Part shown: positions 50,752 to 60,183 of the stretch, one piece after another
Layout: every line of letters starts with the position of its first letter
How positions within the stretch are numbered: the first letter of the stretch is position 1
From: an uncultured delta proteobacterium
Lineage (GTDB): Bacteria; Desulfobacterota; RBG-13-43-22
Assembly (NCBI GenBank): GCA_963743305.1
Contig: CAVUPH010000017.1
Span: 75,073-139,072 of the forward strand
Direction: 5' to 3'
DNA length: 64,000 nucleotides
Translations under genes and position numbers: made by a program
The notes under the pieces: model-generated
The model's input: the letters and a program-made list of their open reading frames with translations, nothing else
The model's database searches: none
Told to the model about the DNA's origin: nothing

Positions 50752-53048
50752 TAGGGTATCCAGGAGACGGCTCCCCCTTCGACCGGCAGGGCTTCCTCCG
50801 GGGCCTTAAAGGCTTCCAAAACAGTGTTTCCTCCCACTCCCCGCAAGGGTTGGAAAACGATCCCGGACGGGACTGGAAATTCTTCGGCCAGGGCATTGGC
50901 CAGCGCTTTTTGAAAGAATTCCAGGATGATCGGACTGGCCGCCTGGGCTCCGGTCTCTCCGGCCCCCAGCGTGGCGAGGTTATCCAGACCCACCCAAACC
51001 CCGGCGGTCACCTGTGGGGTGAGGCCCATAAACCAGGCATCCCGAAAATCGTTGGTTGTGCCGGTTTTCCCGGCCACCGGTCGGCCCAAAGCCTTCAGGC
51101 GCCAACCCGTCCCCTCTTTAACTACCCCCTCCAGCAAGTGCGTTATAATATAGGCGGTGTTGGGTGCCATGACCGGTTCGGGTTGAGGCTGGTGAAGGTA
51201 AATAGCCCGGCCCAGATGATCCATGATTCTGGTGATATAAAAGGGGAGCACCCGATTTCCCCCATTATTAAAACAGTTGTATGCCGTGACCATTTCCGCC
51301 AGGGAGACCGCCGAGGAACCCAGGGCCAGGGAAAGATTGGGATAAAGGGGCGAGGTGATCCCCAACTGCTGGGCATAGCGAATAGCATATTCCACCCCAA
51401 TGCGCTGGAGGATGCGGATGGAAACGATATTTCGCGATTGAATCAACCCGGTGCGCAACAACGTCGGTCCATTAAACTTATGGTCGAAATTTTGTGGTGA
51501 CCAGGGGTTGTTGCCTCCGAAGACCAGAGGGGTGTCCATCAGGACCGAAGCCGGTGTCAGGCCCTTGTCCAAACCCGCCGCATAGATGATCGGTTTAAAG
51601 GCCGAACCGGGCTGCCTCTTGGCCTGGGTGGCCCGATTAAACTCGGTCTGGCTGTGATCTTTTCCGCCCACCAGGGCCTTAATCGCTCCGGTGGTCTTGT
51701 CGATACAGATCAGGGCGGCCTCGACGGGATTTTGTTCGGCCAGGGACAGATAGGGCTTCCCTGGATCTACCCGGAAATTCAAGACATCCCCTTCCCGGAA
51801 TAAAATGACACTCCTCCCGCCGGCGGTTGATTCGTCATCCGCGGAAGAATTCTTGGGTTCCGCGGTTCGCTGGGGCAGCGGGAACACCCCCCACTCCCGG
51901 CCAAGGCACACTCGGGCCGTTTTCTCGATCGGATCGATTTGGACGATAATGCCGGTCCGCAGCGGACCGTTTTTTTTCGAACCGTTGGCCGGCGGGCGAG
52001 CCAACTGCTGGCAGTAGGCCTCGATCTTGTCGGGGGGGATTTGCCGAAGCGGTTTGGCATAAAGGTGGCGCAAGTAAACCGCCCGGGTCCCGTTCTCCAC
52101 CGCTTCCCGGGCGGCTTTTTGAAATCCGGATTCGATGGTGGTGTAAACGGTGAGCCCGGCTTGCAGGACAAAATCCGAGCCGTAGTTCTGATACAAAAAT
52201 TTGCGGACCATGTCGCTGAGATGGGGGGCGACGGCGCCGGTACTATCCGACCCCCGGGCAAAGGTTAGCGGAAACTGCTCCGCCGCTTGCGCCTCCTGGG
52301 AGGACAGATAACCCTCCTCCACCATTCGTTTTAATACGTAGCGCTGTCGATCCTTGGCCCGCTGGAAATTCAACAAGGGCGAATAGCGACTGGGCGCCTG
52401 CGGAAGCCCGGCCAACATGGCGCTCTCGGCCAGGTTGAGCTCCTTGGATTTCTTACCGAAATAGGTCTGGGCGGCCGCCTCCACTCCGTAGGCTCCATGC
52501 CCCAGGTAGATCTGGTTGAGATAGATATAGAGAATGTCCCGCTTGGATAGGTTTTGATCCAGCCGGTAGGCCAGGAAGGCCTCCTTGATCTTTCGGGAGA
52601 AACTTTTCTCCGGGGAGAGGAGCAGGGACTTGGTCACCTGCTGGGTAATGGTACTGCCACCTTGAACAATTTCACCGGCCCAGATATTTTTCCAGAAAGC
52701 CCGCAGAATGCTTATAAAATCAAGCCCTCCGTGCTGAAAGAAACGGGAGTCTTCCGAGGCGATAAACGCCTGAATGAGTTGCGGCGGGAGTTCGGTGAGC
52801 GACACCAAAATTCTTTTTTCTTTATAGAGAAAGCCGATCGGAGCGCCATCGGCCGCCAGGATCTGGGTAGCCAAAGGAGGCTGATAGTCCTCCAGGGAGC
52901 GGATGTCGGGCAATTGATAGACCAGCAAGAGGTAGTACAGTCCGGCCAAGGTAAAAACGGCACCGAAAAAGGCGGTAAAAAAGAAGAAAACCTTGAGGGC
53001 CTTAAATCTTGATGATCGGGGGGGGCGACGCGCTGGTTTAGTGGGCAT
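50751..53048 (-). CDS. mrcA: Class A penicillin-binding protein (PBP1A)
   Basis: EDSRFFQHGG, GGSTITQQ and RKIKE; SAFK, SRN and KTG. Confidence 0.93.
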   Translation of the reverse strand: MPTKPARRPPRSSRFKALKVFFFFTAFFGAVFTLAGLYYLLLVYQLPDIRSLEDYQPPLATQILAADGAPIGFLYKEKRILVSLTELPPQLIQAFIASEDSRFFQHGGLDFISILRAFWKNIWAGEIVQGGSTITQQVTKSLLLSPEKSFSRKIKEAFLAYRLDQNLSKRDILYIYLNQIYLGHGAYGVEAAAQTYFGKKSKELNLAESAMLAGLPQAPSRYSPLLNFQRAKDRQRYVLKRMVEEGYLSSQEAQAAEQFPLTFARGSDSTGAVAPHLSDMVRKFLYQNYGSDFVLQAGLTVYTTIESGFQKAAREAVENGTRAVYLRHLYAKPLRQIPPDKIEAYCQQLARPPANGSKKNGPLRTGIIVQIDPIEKTARVCLGREWGVFPLPQRTAEPKNSSADDESTAGGRSVILFREGDVLNFRVDPGKPYLSLAEQNPVEAALICIDKTTGAIKALVGGKDHSQTEFNRATQAKRQPGSAFKPIIYAAGLDKGLTPASVLMDTPLVFGGNNPWSPQNFDHKFNGPTLLRTGLIQSRNIVSIRILQRIGVEYAIRYAQQLGITSPLYPNLSLALGSSAVSLAEMVTAYNCFNNGGNRVLPFYITRIMDHLGRAIYLHQPQPEPVMAPNTAYIITHLLEGVVKEGTGWRLKALGRPVAGKTGTTNDFRDAWFMGLTPQVTAGVWVGLDNLATLGAGETGAQAASPIILEFFQKALANALAEEFPVPSGIVFQPLRGVGGNTVLEAFKAPEEALPVEGGAVSWIP

Positions 53049-53255
53049 GGGGTGCGTTTGGTGAGGGTCGGTTATCCTTCAGGAATAAAAATGCCGGTAT
53101 TGTCCGCTGGGACCTATTATTTGTCGGTTAGAAGATGGCTCAACAACCGACCATTATAGCTGGACGAGGGGGCGGGATCAACTGTAAAAGCCCGGACCGG
53201 CACCGACCGGAAAGGTCAATCCTCTGAAACAAGGCTGGCCGGTAGCTTGAGTCGG

Positions 53256-53999
53256 TCAAAAATCGAAGAGATCCGGCACCCGAGCGATCACCTGCTCCAA
53301 CGGTGTTTGATTCCCGGATTGGAGCAGATCCCGAACGAGGGTGAATTTCAATTGGACTGCTTGGGAAAGACCAAAGATTAAGGCGGCGGTTAAAAAACTC
53401 ATATCCCGGATATAGCCTTCCTGAAAGTGCCGGTGCCGTGGATTCAGTTCTTGGGACCGGTCTTCAACCCGGTCGGCGGCTTGGAGCAGGTCTTCATCGG
53501 ACGTCTTCCGCGGCCCGATGGTTTCCACGGCAGTACAATAAGCCACCCGATGGCCGGTCACCTCTTCGGGCAGGGGAACCCCCAGGTTCCTCCATTGTTG
53601 AACCACATTTCTTTTTATCAAGCGGGCCTGATGCGCTATCTGCCGATAATGGCCCTTCGACCAGAGACCATAGGCCCGGCAGCCAAAAAAACGACTGGGA
53701 TAAATCAGGCATTCCCGGTCTTCCAGGAAGGGGCAGCCGATAATCTCGGTCGGGTTGATAAAGAAATAGCGGCTGATTTTTTGAGTAAGCTCTTTCCGCC
53801 GGGCGGGGGGGAATCTTCTGATTTGGTCCAGGACTTCCAGGGCTTCCAGAAGGGACATTTCCGGCAGGAGGGAACAGCACAGGGCGCGGCGTTGGCAGGA
53901 CGTATCCGGCAATTGGGAATAGATATTCCTTAGATCCTGCCGCTGTCCTTGAGAATTGAAGATCAGCTCCCGCAGGTCCGGGATAGTCAGGGGAGTCAT
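53256..53999 (-). CDS. YkgJ-like cysteine-cluster protein
   Basis: CQRRALCC and CPFL..CLIYPSRFFGCRAYG. Confidence 0.78.
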   Translation of the reverse strand: MTPLTIPDLRELIFNSQGQRQDLRNIYSQLPDTSCQRRALCCSLLPEMSLLEALEVLDQIRRFPPARRKELTQKISRYFFINPTEIIGCPFLEDRECLIYPSRFFGCRAYGLWSKGHYRQIAHQARLIKRNVVQQWRNLGVPLPEEVTGHRVAYCTAVETIGPRKTSDEDLLQAADRVEDRSQELNPRHRHFQEGYIRDMSFLTAALIFGLSQAVQLKFTLVRDLLQSGNQTPLEQVIARVPDLFDF

Positions 54000-54000
54000 A

Positions 54001-54154
54001 ATAACCTCGCAAAAAGTCAAAAAGCGACTTCTTGCTCGGCGGGGGATGGTTCCCCCTCCCCCGCCATTTGAAGTGAATTCAAATGGTGCCACCCCTACCC
54101 CAGCCCGGTGCTTCCTCGCGCTCGGGCTGATGATGGACTTTTTGCAAGTCCATC
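54001..54154. mobile_element. 154 bp MITE-like element, copy 2
   Basis: Colinear with 20259-20412. Confidence 0.75.
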
Positions 54155-54169
54155 ATTGACCGGTGGTCT

Positions 54170-54815
54170 TTAATAACCCAGGTTTTCCCCCACCAGTTTC
54201 ACCTGGAGGCGATCTTTAACGGCTTGGCCTTCGATGATAGACCACATGTTGCAGATACGGGTCGGGAGTGTGGCAATCACTGCAGAGGCCGGTTTCTTTG
54301 CAGGGGTTATTGATATTCAGCCGGATGCAATTCATGGGGGCGGCCACCTGTTTGGTCCGGTCCATGGCCTCTTGCAGGGTCAGGGCCACTTTGTTCATCC
54401 CGACTACCAAGATGACTTTCTTAGGGCCAAAGGTCATCGCCGCCACCCGGTTTCCCATGCCGTCCAAGTTCACCAGCCTTCCATCCAGGGTAATGGCATT
54501 GCTGCTGGCGATCATGAAATCGGCGGTCAGCCCCCGGCGGCGCATCTCGAGGCCTTCTTCCGGGGAATATTCCGGAAGGTAGGGGTCGATCACGGTAATT
54601 CTGGGATTGGCCTTCAACCGTTCCCACAGCCCCATTTCCACCAGGGATGTGGACCCGCAGCGGAAAACCGAGGAACCGTCCGGGATCAGGGCCGCCACTT
54701 CCTCCCGGGCCTGGGCGATGGTCTGGGCATAGCTCCCGGCCATACGTCGTTTTTCCAGGGCCTTGATAATCTGTTGCGCCAACTTTTCCTTAAAAATTTC
54801 TTGCGGAGTCGCCAT
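54170..54815 (-). CDS. LUD-domain (lactate utilisation-like) protein; indel at ~54263
   Basis: SNAITLDGRLVNLDGMGNRVAA, VGMNK and PCKETGLCSDC; the other frame continues RICN..LVGENLGY*. Confidence 0.85.
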
Positions 54816-54854
54816 GAAGTCCTCCTATGTGTTTGATTTAATTTTTGGTTAAAA

Positions 54855-54980
54855 CTCGAAAATCCGAATTTCGAAATCCGAAACAAATTCAAATGATCAA
54901 ATTTCCAAAATATTCCTGTTTTGATCATTTGGATTTTGGACCTTCGTGCTCGTATCGGATTTCGTGCTTCGGATACGGGT
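54855..54980. repeat. Heptamer-based palindromic intergenic repeat (AAATCCG/AATTTCG arm and GGATTTC/GCTTCG arm)
   Basis: ATCCGAATTTCGAAATCCGAAAC..CAAATGATCAAA / TTTGATCATTTG..TCGGATTTCGTGCTTCGGAT. Confidence 0.7.
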
Positions 54981-54983
54981 ACC

Positions 54984-55448
54984 TCAAATCAAGTTTTTCA
55001 GGCGTTCCTGAAGATCGCGGCGGTGTCTTTTTTCTTCCTCGATAATGAGCCGGAGACTATCACGGCCCTGGGCCATTTCAACAAATGGCTCCAGCATTTC
55101 GTAAAAAACAACCGTGTCCTGCTCGAACTCCGCGGCTATCCGCAAAACGGCTTGGAGATCCGGAACCCGGGCGAGATCCAGGTCGTCCAGAGAAAAGGCC
55201 TTTTCCCCCAGGATGTTCTGAAACAGCTCTCGGCCCATGGCTTCCAAGTTCTTGTCTGCCGGTATGGTCCCCACCCGGCTTTTAAGATCGGTGAACCAGC
55301 GCTGATGCTCCAGTTCCTCATCCGCCAGACGGCCGAGCAGGTCCGCCAGGAAGGGATCGGAGGTCTCTTGTCGAGCCCGGCGATAGGTGCTTTCTCCGTT
55401 TTTTTCAATCTGTACGGCAATTTCAATAATTTCGCTTATGGTAAACAT
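54984..55448 (-). CDS. Ferritin-like/rubrerythrin family protein
   Basis: AVQIEKNG..Y, LADEELEH, EQDTVVFY and IIEEEKRH. Confidence 0.88.
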   Translation of the reverse strand: MFTISEIIEIAVQIEKNGESTYRRARQETSDPFLADLLGRLADEELEHQRWFTDLKSRVGTIPADKNLEAMGRELFQNILGEKAFSLDDLDLARVPDLQAVLRIAAEFEQDTVVFYEMLEPFVEMAQGRDSLRLIIEEEKRHRRDLQERLKNLI

Positions 55449-55493
55449 ATGATTCTATCTCGGTATTCGACGATTCACGGAAGCACAACAATT

Positions 55494-55819
55494 AGGTTGT
55501 TCGCCCTTTTTGGTGGGTGGCCACAATATGGTATAAAAGCCTGAAATCGGATCTCCTTGGCCTCCGGGTCTCGGCGAAAGGGTTTTCTCCCGTTCAGGCG
55601 GGACTTTTTAAGTTCAAACCCGGCCCCCATGTCATCAAATCTTCCAGGTGGCAGGGCCGACCGGGGAGGTGTCAACAGACTCGGAGTATGGGCCTGCTTT
55701 AAATAAAGTTAGTAACATAGGCCCGGATTCGAAGTCTGGAGCACCTTTGGAAAGCCCTTTCGCCGAGACCCGGAGGCCATACCGGATATAGGGGTACCCA
55801 CCCAAAAGGGCGAAGCGTC
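55494..55819 (+). ncRNA. ~330 nt structured multicopy element, copy B
   Basis: Outer IR TTCGCCCTTTT.GGTGGGT/ACCCACCCAAAAGGGCGAA; perfect 25 bp inner stem 55558-55582/55755-55779. Confidence 0.6.
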
Positions 55820-55831
55820 CAACAATAAAAC

Positions 55832-55861
55832 TTGACAGGTAAAAGGCTGTTCCACTAAATT
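55832..55861 (+). promoter_or_regulatory. Candidate sigma70 promoter
   Basis: TTGACA-18 nt-TAAATT upstream of the CoA-transferase. Confidence 0.45.
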
Positions 55862-55939
55862 TATTAAATATTTCGAAGGGTGTCAATTCCTAAACCGGGA
55901 GTGTTTCGGTTCCTGGGTTTAAGGGTTAAGGAGAAATTC

Positions 55940-57130
55940 ATGGATCCGTTAAGTCAGATAACCATCCTTTCATTAGAACAAGCCACGGTGCTGCCCTATT
56001 TGACCTTCCGGTTGGTCCAGGACGGTGTCCAGGTGATCCGCCTGGAGCATCCGGTCTTTGGAGACCCCAATCGCATGGTGGGGGATAACGTCCTCCAGGA
56101 AGAGCGGATGTTCAGCTATTTTATGGCCATTAATGCCGGGAAAAAGGCCTTGACCTTAAACCTGGGCGTTCCGGAGGGACAGCAGATTCTGAAAGACCTG
56201 ATTGTGAAACTGAAGGTCGATATTTTTGCCACCAACCAGCTTCCCCGAAACTACGCCAAGCTAGGCATCGATTACGAGATACTCAAAAGCGTTAAGCCGG
56301 ATTTGATCTGGCTGGGAATCACTGGGTTCGGCCCGGACAGCAACGAGGCGGCCTATGATCCGATACTACAGGCCCGGGGCGGCCTGATGGAGCTGACCGG
56401 GGAAGCGGACGGGGAACCCCAGGTCCTGGGCATTCCGCTGCCGGATATGGGAGCCAGCGAACACGCCTACGGCCTGCTGATGAAGGCCTTGTTTCGTCGA
56501 CAGGCCACCGGACAGGGGAGCCGGATCGACCTGTCCATGTTCGAAAGCACCGTCTCCTGGCTGACCGTGCCCATCACCCTGAGCCGGTCCTTCGGCAAGA
56601 AGATCACTCGGCGGGGAAACACCCATGAGTTCTTTGCCCCGGTTTCAGTCTACCCCACGGCCGACGGCTACGTTTATGTGGCCGGAGGCAACGACAAGCA
56701 GTGGAATGCCCTGACGCAGTTACCCGGTTTCGAAACATTGGCCCAGGAGGGATACCGGAAAAACACCGGCCGGATCGCCGAAGTAAAGAGGCTGAATCAG
56801 GAGATCAGCGCCATTACCCGAAAATTCGAGAGCAGCGAATTAATCAATCTATTTAATCAAATCGGGGTGCCGATTTCCGAGATTCATGGTATAGACCAGG
56901 TGGTTCAGGACCCCCTGGTCGCTCGTAATTTGTTACGAACCAAAGATCCGAAGACCGGAATGGAAATCACCCTGGCCCCGCCGCCCCACATGACCGAGTA
57001 CCTGAAATCCAGCGGTGGTCAGCTTACCTTTCCGCCCCGTTTCGGGGAGCATAATGGAGCCATTTACGGGCAGGTGTTAGGTCTAGGCCCGGACCAAATC
57101 AATGAAATGAAAGAAAAGGGGATCATTTAA
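55940..57130 (+). CDS. Family III (CaiB/BaiF) CoA-transferase
   Basis: GDPNR, INAGKKALTLNL, ITGFG, AYDPILQARGG and GEHN; AAGGAG RBS. Confidence 0.9.
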   Translation: MDPLSQITILSLEQATVLPYLTFRLVQDGVQVIRLEHPVFGDPNRMVGDNVLQEERMFSYFMAINAGKKALTLNLGVPEGQQILKDLIVKLKVDIFATNQLPRNYAKLGIDYEILKSVKPDLIWLGITGFGPDSNEAAYDPILQARGGLMELTGEADGEPQVLGIPLPDMGASEHAYGLLMKALFRRQATGQGSRIDLSMFESTVSWLTVPITLSRSFGKKITRRGNTHEFFAPVSVYPTADGYVYVAGGNDKQWNALTQLPGFETLAQEGYRKNTGRIAEVKRLNQEISAITRKFESSELINLFNQIGVPISEIHGIDQVVQDPLVARNLLRTKDPKTGMEITLAPPPHMTEYLKSSGGQLTFPPRFGEHNGAIYGQVLGLGPDQINEMKEKGII

Positions 57131-57133
57131 TCC

Positions 57134-57544
57134 ATGACCACTGAGCAGAAAATCAATCGAAAAATAAGGATCTTGATCGCCAAACCGGGATTGGACGGCC
57201 ATGACCGGGGCGCCAAGGTCATGGCCCATGCCCTGCGAGATGCCGGGATGGAGGTTATTTACACCGGTTTGCACCAGACCGTGGAGAGCATCGTCCAGGC
57301 GGCTCTCCAGGAGGCGGTAGATGTGGTCGGCCTGTCCATCATGTCCGGGGCCCATTTGCCCATCAGCAAAAAACTGATGGCCTTGATGGCCGAGAAGGGG
57401 CTCCAGGACCGAATGGTCCTGGTGGGCGGGGTGATTCCCAAGCGGGACATCCCGGCTTTGAAGGATCTGGGGGTGGCCGGCGTGTTTCCCGGAGGGACTC
57501 CATTCAAGGTGCCGATCGAGTTTATTCGAAGTAGTTTAAATTAA
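57134..57544 (+). CDS. Stand-alone cobalamin-binding subunit of an acyl-CoA mutase
   Basis: AKPGLDGHDRGAK (DxHxxG), SIMSGAH and GGVIP. Confidence 0.92.
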   Translation: MTTEQKINRKIRILIAKPGLDGHDRGAKVMAHALRDAGMEVIYTGLHQTVESIVQAALQEAVDVVGLSIMSGAHLPISKKLMALMAEKGLQDRMVLVGGVIPKRDIPALKDLGVAGVFPGGTPFKVPIEFIRSSLN

Positions 57545-57568
57545 AACGAAAATAGTGTCGAACCCCCG

Positions 57569-57670
57569 CTGTCATGGCGAGCGGAGCGAAGCAATCTCCT
57601 GGCCGAGCCTAGGGGAATCGTTTTGGCTGGAGGGAGAATTGCTTCGTTGCTCTCCGTTCTCGCCAGGACT
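57569..57670 (+). repeat. REP-like palindromic element
   Basis: GTCATGGCGAGCGGAGCGAAGCAAT...ATTGCTTCG...CTCGCCAGGAC. Confidence 0.7.
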
Positions 57671-57790
57671 ATAATTTTTTTCATCTAAAGATGAAGGGGA
57701 TAATTTGCTTCCCCTCCAATCGAGCGGCTAAAATCACCTTGCCCCGATCTTTATTTTATATCCCAAGGGCATCCATTTCGCTGGTTCCAC

Positions 57791-59164
57791 ATGTCCGAGC
57801 CTCATAAGATCCGCCTGCTGGTCGTTGACGACGAAAAGAACCAACGGGAGCTGTTGCAGGGTTTTCTGCAAAAAGAAGGCTACCCTGTCCAAGCGGCGGA
57901 AGGCGGGGAAGCCGCGCTCGAATGGCTGAAAGAAAGCGGCTGCGAAGTGGTGTTCACCGACCACAAGATGCCCGGCATGGATGGAACCACCCTGCTCCGG
58001 GAAATCAAAAAACGGCATCCTGAAACGGTGGTGGTCCTGATGACGGCCTACGGCACGGTGGAGAAGGCCGTCGAGGCCATGAAAACGGGCGCCTATGACT
58101 ACCTGACCAAGCCCATTGATCTGGACGAACTGTTGATCTTATTAGGGCGGATCGAGAGCAGTCTGCTGCTGACCTGGGAGGTGAAGCAGCTTCGTCAGGA
58201 ACTGAAAACAAAATTCAGCTTTGAAGGATTGATTACCCAGAGCGCCAGGATGGAGGATGTCCTCTCCCTGGTGGCCCGGGTAGCCCCCAGCCAGTCTACG
58301 GTGATGATCCGGGGGGAGAGCGGGACGGGCAAAGGACTGCTGGCCCGGATCATCCATTACCATAGCCCCCGGTCTTCCGGTCCGCTGGTGACCCTCAATT
58401 GCGCGGCTATCCCGGAGAACTTGCTGGAAAGCGAGCTCTTCGGTCATGAAAAAGGGGCGTTTACCGGCGCGATTTCCCAGCACCAGGGAAAATTTGAACA
58501 GGCCCAGGGGGGGACGCTTTTTTTGGACGAGATCGGCGACCTATCCCCGGTGCTCCAGTCCAAGCTGTTGCGGGCCGTTCAGGAAAGGGCTTTTGAGCGG
58601 GTAGGAGGCAGCAAGACCATCGAGGTGGACGTCCGGCTGATCTCGGCCACCCACCAGGACCTGGAGCAACTCATGCGGGAAAACCGCTTCCGGGAAGACC
58701 TGTACTACCGCTTGAACGTGGTCTCCCTCTTCCTTCCGCCCTTGCGGGAACGGAAAGAGGATATCCCCATCCTGCTGGATCATTTTCTGAAAAAATTCGG
58801 CCGGGCCAATAGAAAAGAGAATATCGAAGTATCCAAGGAGGCCCGCGACCTGCTCCTGCGCCACGATTACCCGGGTAATATCCGGGAACTGGAAAACCTG
58901 GTTGAAAGGGCCGTGGTCCTGGCCCGGGACAATCTGATTACTTCCCGGGAGATCCCTTTCCATTTAAAGGAGGGCCGGGATGAGTCGGAGTCGCCGCCCC
59001 CGTCGTCCTCCGATCTCCCCCTGATGGAACAGTTGGACGCCCTGGAAAAGTACCTGATCCGGCAGGCCTTGAATGAAACCGACGGGGTCCAGACCCGGGC
59101 GGCCGAAAAACTCGGCGTCAGCGAACGGGTGCTGCGTTATAAACTTAAGAAATACGGGATGTAA
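57791..59164 (+). CDS. Sigma54-dependent response regulator (NtrC family)
   Basis: Receiver VVDDE..DHKMP; [21 protein letters not shown] and FREDLYYRL; HTH. Confidence 0.95.
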   Translation: MSEPHKIRLLVVDDEKNQRELLQGFLQKEGYPVQAAEGGEAALEWLKESGCEVVFTDHKMPGMDGTTLLREIKKRHPETVVVLMTAYGTVEKAVEAMKTGAYDYLTKPIDLDELLILLGRIESSLLLTWEVKQLRQELKTKFSFEGLITQSARMEDVLSLVARVAPSQSTVMIRGESGTGKGLLARIIHYHSPRSSGPLVTLNCAAIPENLLESELFGHEKGAFTGAISQHQGKFEQAQGGTLFLDEIGDLSPVLQSKLLRAVQERAFERVGGSKTIEVDVRLISATHQDLEQLMRENRFREDLYYRLNVVSLFLPPLRERKEDIPILLDHFLKKFGRANRKENIEVSKEARDLLLRHDYPGNIRELENLVERAVVLARDNLITSREIPFHLKEGRDESESPPPSSSDLPLMEQLDALEKYLIRQALNETDGVQTRAAEKLGVSERVLRYKLKKYGM

Positions 59165-59219
59165 GGGGTCCAGGGGTCCGCTGGACCATAATTTGGGGAT
59201 CCTAAGGAGGTTTTCCTCG

Positions 59220-59432
59220 ATGGAATACACGGCAATAGTGGAGCAAAAAGGCAGTTGGTGGGTAGGATGGATCGAAGAGGTCCCGGGTGTAAACTGCCAG
59301 GAACGCAGTCGGCGAGAGCTACTCGAAACCTTACGCGTGACTTTGCAGGAGGCCATTGATTTCAATCGCCGAGACGCTATAGCCGCAGCGGGACCAGGGT
59401 ATGCGGAAGAGAAGATAGCCGTTTTCCCATGA
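59220..59432 (+). CDS. hicB: HicB-family antitoxin
   Basis: WVGWIEEVPGVNCQ..ELLE; AAGGAGG RBS. Confidence 0.85.
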   Translation: MEYTAIVEQKGSWWVGWIEEVPGVNCQERSRRELLETLRVTLQEAIDFNRRDAIAAAGPGYAEEKIAVFP

Positions 59433-59617
59433 AACGCTCGGGGCTGCTGAAACACCTCCGGGCGGAAGGCTGCGAGTTCATCAGGGAAGGGGCCAGACAT
59501 TCTTGGTGGGGAAATCCGGCCCAAAACAAACGTTCCTCAATTCCTCGGCACAGAGAAATCGACGACGATCTTGTAAAGAAGATATGCAAGGACCTTGGGA
59601 TAAAATCCACAAAGTAA
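59429..59617 (+). CDS. hicA: HicA-family toxin
   Basis: REGARHSW..IPRHREI..KICKDLGI; ATGA overlap. Confidence 0.88.
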   Translation: MKRSGLLKHLRAEGCEFIREGARHSWWGNPAQNKRSSIPRHREIDDDLVKKICKDLGIKSTK

Positions 59618-59761
59618 GCCTCAGGTATCTATCCACCACCGACACGAGAGACCTCCAAAGATTTTTGATTGAGAAACAAGCAATCGGAGCAAAGCAGGTC
59701 AACTACGCAGCTTTGCCGCCCACTTAACCGCACCGATGTGAACAATAGGAAGAACGACTAA

Positions 59762-60125
59762 ATGGAGAAATACCTGCGCTCAACTGAAATCATCGACTGG
59801 ACCCAGACGGACGTTTTCCGGCTGGCCGGTTCGCTGGCCGCTCAAAATAGAGATAAAACGGAAATCGCCAAGCGCTGTTTTGAATGGGTGCGGGATAAAG
59901 TTAAACACAGCTATGACTACCAATGTTCTCCGGTCCCAGTTTACACCACCGATCGAGCGTTTGGGGGCCTTCCGCCTGGGCCTTCCTGGCGAGGCCGACC
60001 TGCCCGAGATCTGGACGGATCCCCTACCGGTGGTGGTTGAGGCCCTTCGATCTTACTCAACCTGGGATGCGCTTTGGGAAAACCTGCCCGATATAGAATT
60101 ATTGCCGGGAAGGGAGATCAAGTAA
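59762..60125 (+). pseudogene. Transglutaminase-like gene with the catalytic middle deleted
   Basis: N-terminus YL..TEIIDW..FEWVRD..HS.D joins out of frame to the C-terminus QFTPPIE..DPLPVVV; no catalytic Cys segment. Confidence 0.7.
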
Positions 60126-60183
60126 CCGCCGGGTGCCGTGGATCGAATAATTTGGGCCAGACCCGAATCCCCAGGAGACCTCG

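Noticed and set aside
54000-54092. N-terminal extension of the YkgJ-like ORF (MAPFEFTSNGGGGG..)
   Set aside because: It is translated MITE sequence; the start at 53999 has an SD.
54855-54980. Short repeats as a CRISPR array
   Set aside because: Degenerate heptamers forming one palindrome, with no repeat-spacer periodicity and no cas genes.
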